In this document: positions 58,235 through 64,000 of the stretch, piece by piece
Position numbering within the stretch: position 1 is the first letter of the stretch
How the letters are laid out: every line of letters starts with the position of its first letter
DNA from: an uncultured Acidobacteriota bacterium
Lineage (GTDB): Bacteria > Acidobacteriota > CAIWXX01
Length of the DNA: 64,000 bases
Reading direction: 5' to 3'
Assembly (NCBI GenBank): GCA_903916735.1
Contig: CAIWXX010000120.1
Coordinates: forward strand, 1,374 to 65,373
Translations under genes and position numbers: made by a program
Notes under the pieces: generated by a model
Told to the model about the DNA's origin: nothing
The model's database searches: none
The model's input: the letters and a program-made list of their open reading frames with translations, nothing else

Positions 58235-59269
58235 TTACTGCTCGCAGGCCGCCGTCTGGCAGCCGCACCCATCTCCGTTGCGAGAGATGACACGCTGGCG
58301 GATATTATCTTTCAGGAGTGTCATGAATGACGCATCCAGATATGCGCGAATCGAAACATAGCATCCGCCGCACGTGTTCGTCGCCACGAATTTCGACATG
58401 ATTTCCTTTTGCGAAGCATAGGTGGGATCGAACATGGAGCACGGGCGGAATCCTCCATCCGGATTGACCACCATGAACCGACGGCCGGCCTGACAACCGG
58501 GGATATCTCCTTTTTCGAAGAAATCGACGGTGCCGGTTAGAGTCCATGTCGAATTGGCGATTCGACCGTTTTTCTCTTTGAGCTCGACTAGCTCAGCGAT
58601 TGTTTGACGGAGGAGCTCGATATCCTCCGGTGAATTGATGTAATGTTCCATCTTGCCGGTGCGAAGTGGAGTATAAGCGCTGTAGGAGATCGATACACCC
58701 CATTCTTTAGCCCGTTCATAGTTGGCTCGCAGCACCCGCAGGTTGCTCTGCGTGATCGCCGTATTCATGACGATATCGTTATACCCGTGGCGTGCCAGCT
58801 TCGGGATCAGATCAGAAAGATGAGCATAGAGGCCGGGTGCATTCCGGAAAGCATCATGGCGCTCATCTGGGAAGTCCAACGATATGGAAAACTGGTCGAC
58901 CCCAAGCGAACGCAGTTTGAGATATTTCTCCTCAGTCAACAGATGTGCATTTGATACAAGAATCAGATATGGCAGCCCGCTTGGCTCCTTGACAGCCTTC
59001 ACGATCTCTTCGATCTCTTTCCGCAACAGCGGCTCCCCGCCCGAGAGTTGCACGGCCATGGGTTTCAGTTGACGGCTGAGACGCCGGTAATCAGGCGGCT
59101 GAAGCAGTCCCTTGGGTTCTGGTTTGATGCCCCCCTTATCGCAATGGATGCAATCCGCTGTACAGGAGTGAGTCAACTCAAAGGAAACCACTAACGGCCG
59201 GCTCGTGGCGAAACTCCAAGTTCCCCGCGTGATCATCCGAACAGCCTTGCCTACTGGTATTGATTTCAC
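58235..59269 (-). CDS. Radical SAM protein with SPASM/Twitch-like C-terminus
   Basis: CTADCIHC, SGGEPL, CQAG...PDG..PC...CGGC; start GTG 6 nt after AAGGAG. Confidence 0.88.
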   Translation of the reverse strand: MKSIPVGKAVRMITRGTWSFATSRPLVVSFELTHSCTADCIHCDKGGIKPEPKGLLQPPDYRRLSRQLKPMAVQLSGGEPLLRKEIEEIVKAVKEPSGLPYLILVSNAHLLTEEKYLKLRSLGVDQFSISLDFPDERHDAFRNAPGLYAHLSDLIPKLARHGYNDIVMNTAITQSNLRVLRANYERAKEWGVSISYSAYTPLRTGKMEHYINSPEDIELLRQTIAELVELKEKNGRIANSTWTLTGTVDFFEKGDIPGCQAGRRFMVVNPDGGFRPCSMFDPTYASQKEIMSKFVATNTCGGCYVSIRAYLDASFMTLLKDNIRQRVISRNGDGCGCQTAACEQ

Positions 59270-59408
59270 GACCAACTCCTTAAAATCAAAAAATTCTCAT
59301 TCAAGAAAATGGAGGCGGGATCAGCCAGGCTCTTCAAAGAATTACGCCGAACATGTCCCCGGTATCTCAGAGGGATACTTTCCCCATATATCACTATCAT
59401 AACCTCCA

Positions 59409-59438
59409 AGTGTAGTGCCGATTGCAAGGGCTTGTCAA
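59409..59438 (-). promoter_or_regulatory. Putative sigma70 promoter for the radical SAM gene
   Basis: Minus strand TTGACA-N18-TACACT. Confidence 0.5.
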
Positions 59439-59964
59439 GAAAACGCGGGCGGGCTTCTCACGCCATGGCGCCGAAAGCGAGCCTGAGATTCCCGACCTCA
59501 AACAAAAACAGCGGCGACGGGAAACCGAGGTGCGTAGGAACCTGCCCATTTCGGCTCCTCCGCGGCAACCAGCCATTCACACAACAGGATGAGCAATATC
59601 CAGGACGAATTTATCAGATGATGCGGGATCGGGGACTGACCGAAGGGCAGTACGGCGACGCTCGTCCATCGCTCCCCCTCACCAATAAGATTGGGGCATG
59701 GTGGTCTTCAAAGCATCCTGTTGTGGCCCGACTCGACCGCCTCTCACCCGACGTGAACTACAAACCTCGATTTGGGACCAGAAGCGCACTATGATTATCA
59801 TGGTATCAAAAAGTGGAAAAATGATGATATAGATATCCGGTTGAGATGCTCAAGATCAGCTTTCACAGGGAACGTGAACCGATCAAATCCCTGACTATGA
59901 GTGACGTGATCTCGCGTGCATCTTCATCGCTGATAGGGAGACGAGCGCCAAGAGGAGTGGAAAG

Positions 59965-61107
59965 ATGAGTGATACGTTTTTTGCCCCCGCTGAGCGATCG
60001 ACGACCGAGGAGTTGCGCATCGCTCGCCTGCAGATCCAGAACGACCGATTCCTGATGACATTGCTGGAGTCCTTGCCGACCCTGATCATGGTTCTCAATC
60101 GCGAGAGACAGGTTCTGGCGGCTAACACCCGAGTGCTCGATCTCATCCATGCCGATCATCTGGAGCAATTTCTCGGGATGCGGCCGGGCGAATTGATCGG
60201 ATGCGTTCACTGCACGGAAGGGCCGGGAGGTTGTGGGACGAGCCGGCATTGCCAGGCTTGTGGCGCCGTTCTCGCCATCTTGGAAAGCCATGTGACAGAG
60301 CATCAAGCGGTGCGTGAATGCCGGTTCCTATCCGAAACCGAAGGTGCTCTTGACCTGGAAGTTGTCGCGACTCCTGTCACGGTCGGCGATCTGCCGCTCA
60401 CAATCTGCGCGTTCCGCGATATCAGCTCCGAAAAGCGTCGTGATGTTCTGCAGAGGGTCTTTTTCCACGATGTCATTAACACGGCCGGCGGAATTTACGG
60501 CCTCGCCACGCTCCTTCTCGACAGCTCCGGCGTCGAGCCCGAAACCGAGGTGGAATATAAACAGATGATGCTGCGGATGTCACAGATGCTTGTCGAGGAA
60601 ATCAAGCATCAACGCGAGCTTCTGGCTGCGGAGAAGGGCGAGCTGGAAGTCGAACCGACGGTGTTCCAGGTTTCCGATTTCATGCAATCGATGATGGAAC
60701 TCTACGCGAATCACCCGGTGGCGAAAGATCGAAAGCTGCTCCTAGGGGCAATCTCCCGGGATCAAATAGCGACCGACAGAGTGATCCTCTCTCGCATTAT
60801 CGGGAACATGATCAAGAATGCTCTGGAGGCCGTACCGGCAGGTGGGGTCGTGACCATCTTCAATGAATCCGCCGACCACTCTATCAGCTTTGCCGTTCAT
60901 AACCCCGGTGTCATACCGGAGAATATTCAATTGCAGATTTTCCAGCGATCTTTCAGTACAAAATCAGTGCAAGGGCGAGGGATCGGCACTTACAGCATCA
61001 AGCTCTTTGGAGAGAAGTACTTAAAGGGCAAGGTCTCCTTCATCAGCAGCGATCCTGTGGGGACAATTTTCCGTATTACTCTTCCGAAGCCGGAACAGGG
61101 AGAATAA
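59965..61107 (+). CDS. Cytoplasmic PAS-like, Cys-rich sensor histidine kinase
   Basis: PAS-like N-terminus with CVHC..CGT..CQAC, FFHDVINT H-box, NMIKNALEA, FSTK, GRGIG. Confidence 0.88.
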   Translation: MSDTFFAPAERSTTEELRIARLQIQNDRFLMTLLESLPTLIMVLNRERQVLAANTRVLDLIHADHLEQFLGMRPGELIGCVHCTEGPGGCGTSRHCQACGAVLAILESHVTEHQAVRECRFLSETEGALDLEVVATPVTVGDLPLTICAFRDISSEKRRDVLQRVFFHDVINTAGGIYGLATLLLDSSGVEPETEVEYKQMMLRMSQMLVEEIKHQRELLAAEKGELEVEPTVFQVSDFMQSMMELYANHPVAKDRKLLLGAISRDQIATDRVILSRIIGNMIKNALEAVPAGGVVTIFNESADHSISFAVHNPGVIPENIQLQIFQRSFSTKSVQGRGIGTYSIKLFGEKYLKGKVSFISSDPVGTIFRITLPKPEQGE

Positions 61108-61426
61108 ACCGGTATTGCTGGGTGAGTCTGCCAGTGAATGCTCCTGCCATGAAATCCATACTCAGAAGCAGGATTTCACATCGACAATCATCTCGAACGA
61201 GGTACGAACAAGATCCCCCGCAATCCCTCCGATCCAGCACTCAGGAGGATGACGGTCCGCTACAAAGCATGTGGTGCACGGGCATGGTGGACTCGGAGCG
61301 GTCGTGAACAGGGATGTCTACATGAGCAAAAAACCTTGCTTCCGGTTGAGGGAATCCTAAAATACCTTGGCGACATCCTTCCTCTGATGTATTGTTGAGG
61401 GGGTATTCGATTGGATTGAGGAGTCT

Positions 61427-63043
61427 ATGAAGCAGCGAGCCACGTTTTTTATTGTTCTCATTCTTGTTCTCGGTTCGGCACTCGGCGGGATTTATGGAAG
61501 CCAAACGGATGGGCGAACAGGGAAATGGAGTCCTGGCCTGCAGAAAATCTCCGATCTGCTCGACACTGCCGAAAAATACTATGTCGGCAAAGTTGACAGC
61601 GAGGACGCCATCTACCTGTCCATCAACGGGCTTCTCCGGCAGATGGATCCTCACAGCCAATTTCTGGATCAAGCTGCCTACGCCAACCTCACCGAGGAGC
61701 ACGAAGGGCATTTCTATGGATTGGGCATCACGATCCAGAAGATTGAAGACCGGCTAACGGTGATTTCGCCGATCGAGGGAACACCGGCGCACAGGATGGG
61801 GATACGAGCCGGGGATGTTATTGCCAAGATCGAAGGCGAGTCCACCAAGAACATAACGTCGGATGAAGCTGCCAAGAGGCTGCGCGGGCCGAAGGGCACA
61901 ACCGTCCATATCTCCGTCGCCCGCCAGGGGATCGACGAGTTGATCGAATTTACAATCACCCGAGATGAAATCCCGCTGCTGTCGGTGCCTTATTCTTTCC
62001 TGTTAAAAAATAAAATAACGGGTTATATCGGGGTCCGGAATTTTACTGAGACGACCGAAAAGGAACTGACGAAGGCTTTGCAGGAGCTGACTCAGCAAGG
62101 GATGACACATCTGATACTGGATCTTCGAGGCAACACCGGCGGCCTCCTCGACCAGGCCATCGCCGTCTCGGACCTTTTCCTCGCCAAAAGCAAGCTCATC
62201 GTTTACACGCGCGGGCGTGTCAAGGGCTCCAGCCAGGAGTACTATGCTTCCGAAGATGCCCAGTATGAATCATTGCCGGTCATCGTGCTTGTCAATCACG
62301 GCAGCGCGTCGGCTGCCGAGATTGTCGCCGGGGCCATCCAGGATCACGATCGCGGCCTCATCGTCGGCGAAACCACGTGGGGCAAAGGGTTAGTGCAATC
62401 TATCTTTCGTATGAGCCACAGCACGGCGCTGGCACTCACCACGGCCAAATACTACACGCCGAGCGGTCGTTGCATTCAACGCGACTATACCAAGTCTCTC
62501 GAGGACTATTACTTCCTCACAGATGAAGAGATCAAAAAGCTGCCACATGGAGAATCCCATAAAACATCGGCCGGGCGAACGGTTTATGGAGGAGGCGGAA
62601 TCACGCCGGATGTCGAGCTCCATGCCGTCGAGACGACCAAGCTATTCGACAACCTGGCGGCTCGGCGGGTCTTTTTCAATTACACGACAAAATTCATCGC
62701 GGGACTGACACCGCTCGGACAGAAGATGCTTATCAAAGACCCCCTGAGCGGAAAGGTCAACATCCACCGCGATTATCGCGTCGGCGAAGACATCCTCGTT
62801 GACTTCAAGGATTTTCTCACATCGGAGAAAATCACCTTTGATGAAAAGGCCCTCGAATCGAGTGCACCGCTCATCCGGATGGCGATCCAGGGCGAGCTTT
62901 ATGCCGATCTATGGGGAGCGCAGGAGGCGGTTCGATCAAACGCCGACGATGACCCGATCCTCAAACGCGCGATTCAATTATTCCCGGATGCGATCGCGCT
63001 CATGAAAATGCAGGTTCTCACAACGGAGAAGCCCCAGTCATAG
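61427..63043 (+). CDS. S41 family C-terminal processing protease (CtpA-like)
   Basis: Signal/TM, DPHS, PDZ (GLGI), DLRGNTGG, SASAAEI (Ser), TWGKG (Lys), YYTPSG. Confidence 0.95.
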   Translation: MKQRATFFIVLILVLGSALGGIYGSQTDGRTGKWSPGLQKISDLLDTAEKYYVGKVDSEDAIYLSINGLLRQMDPHSQFLDQAAYANLTEEHEGHFYGLGITIQKIEDRLTVISPIEGTPAHRMGIRAGDVIAKIEGESTKNITSDEAAKRLRGPKGTTVHISVARQGIDELIEFTITRDEIPLLSVPYSFLLKNKITGYIGVRNFTETTEKELTKALQELTQQGMTHLILDLRGNTGGLLDQAIAVSDLFLAKSKLIVYTRGRVKGSSQEYYASEDAQYESLPVIVLVNHGSASAAEIVAGAIQDHDRGLIVGETTWGKGLVQSIFRMSHSTALALTTAKYYTPSGRCIQRDYTKSLEDYYFLTDEEIKKLPHGESHKTSAGRTVYGGGGITPDVELHAVETTKLFDNLAARRVFFNYTTKFIAGLTPLGQKMLIKDPLSGKVNIHRDYRVGEDILVDFKDFLTSEKITFDEKALESSAPLIRMAIQGELYADLWGAQEAVRSNADDDPILKRAIQLFPDAIALMKMQVLTTEKPQS

Positions 63044-63229
63044 CAGCCGCCCTTTCAATATATCGAGCAGAGGGGGAATTTCCCCCTTGTGTGTGAACTA
63101 TCGTGATTGGTGGACAGGCCATCCCTGATCCAGCATGACGCATTAATCCGATCGGATTTCCCCGGTCTTATCAAATCAGTTGGGTTGGGACTTGGCCGCG
63201 GCAAAGGAGTCGAAGTGAGAAAGGCCCAT

Positions 63230-63570
63230 CGGCGCCTCCACTCCTCCTCGCCTCTGCTGTCGCAAGAAGAAAACAGCTTGGCGTCGCCATGTACAACGCT
63301 CAGATCCACAGCATGTTCCTTTCACTTCAAAAGCTCGGCCTGGAACTCATTTCAATAAAGAACTCGGATGAGGGTTGGGACATTTCTACCAGGGGAATAG
63401 GGCATCATCTCCACAATCCTCGTGCTCTCTATCGCGCAAGATTACGGGCAGTTTTGGCGTTTCGAGCTATCGTAGGGGAGAAAACCAGGAAGAATTCCTT
63501 CAACGAGTCGATCAAGCCATGTATGGAGCAAAAAAAAGGGGGGAAGGACAGGGTTTGCGCAATCGCCTGA
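63230..63570 (+). pseudogene. Relic of a GAF-GGDEF protein
   Basis: QLGVAMYNAQ (GAF-end-like) and ITGSFGVSSY...FLQRVDQAMYGAKK / GKDRV (GGDEF C-terminus) split at an A8G6 run; catalytic GGDEF motif absent. Confidence 0.7.
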
Positions 63571-63740
63571 TCGCCGAATTCTCGATCGCCACTGAACTGC
63601 CGACTGTGCTTTTACGGGCGCAGAAAGAAGATCTCGGCATGGGAGATCGTTGTCGAGCCTCTCAGAGCGCGATAGCCCTTCAACACCGAGATGACGGATG
63701 CGAGGGCGTTCGTGGTCAAAACGCAAACGCGGGAGCGCGT

Positions 63741-64000
63741 TTACATGCCCACGACACGCTGTTGATCGACTTCTTGGATTGGCGGGGAAGTTGCGGGAGC
63801 ATCGGATGAAAGTGCGCGGACGAGATCCTGGATATCCGGCGCTTCGGCAATGCTCTCGCCTCTTTCGGCTCGTTCCTTGATGACCTGCCACACATCCGGC
63901 GGGATCTCTTCGAAAGCCCCGACCACGGTGGGATCGAACTGAGTACCGCTATACTTCCGAACCTCAGTCAACACATCTTCGAACGATAGCTTTTTCCGGT
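63741..64000 (-). CDS. C-terminal part of an HD-GYP phosphodiesterase (5' end beyond window)
   Basis: RKKLSFEDVLTEVRKYSGTQFDPTVVGAF, typical HD-GYP C-terminal segment. Confidence 0.8.
   Translation of the reverse strand, partial: RKKLSFEDVLTEVRKYSGTQFDPTVVGAFEEIPPDVWQVIKERAERGESIAEAPDIQDLVRALSSDAPATSPPIQEVDQQRVVGM

Overview
Bacterial chromosomal segment, most like Acidobacteriota judged from gene content (Hanks kinase-TPR protein, DUF362 cluster, PilSR next to pilBTC); this assignment is inference. Positions 1-7.3 kb hold a visibly more AT-rich type I-C-like CRISPR-Cas operon on the minus strand, with the non-canonical order cas5-cas8(+hidden cas11)-cas7-cas3-cas4-cas1 (cas1 runs off the window). 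It has no cas6 and no array in view. The rest is mostly core genome: Ser/Thr kinase-TPR, Tat-exported DUF362/DUF6599/DUF362 trio, AIR-synthase-like gene, GAF-like protein-Slt-ddl, QueT-like S component, pilB-pilT-pilC-pilS-pilR, a beta-propeller/Y_Y_Y sensor ending in a Cys4 domain instead of a kinase, panB-panC plus a decayed panD, a Maf-family gene, ridA, the dcw cluster mraZ to ftsZ (murB and ddl absent from it), a ychF-like gene, a REC-GGDEF cyclase, a CBS/cysteine-synthase-like gene, a radical SAM enzyme, a Cys-rich histidine kinase, an S41 protease, a GGDEF relic and a partial HD-GYP gene. Non-coding highlights are three copies of a ~230-bp palindromic MITE-like element (two end exactly on stop codons), 10-bp-phased degenerate MraZ boxes with a perfect TGTGA-N6-TCACA palindrome upstream of dcw, and a structured panB leader.
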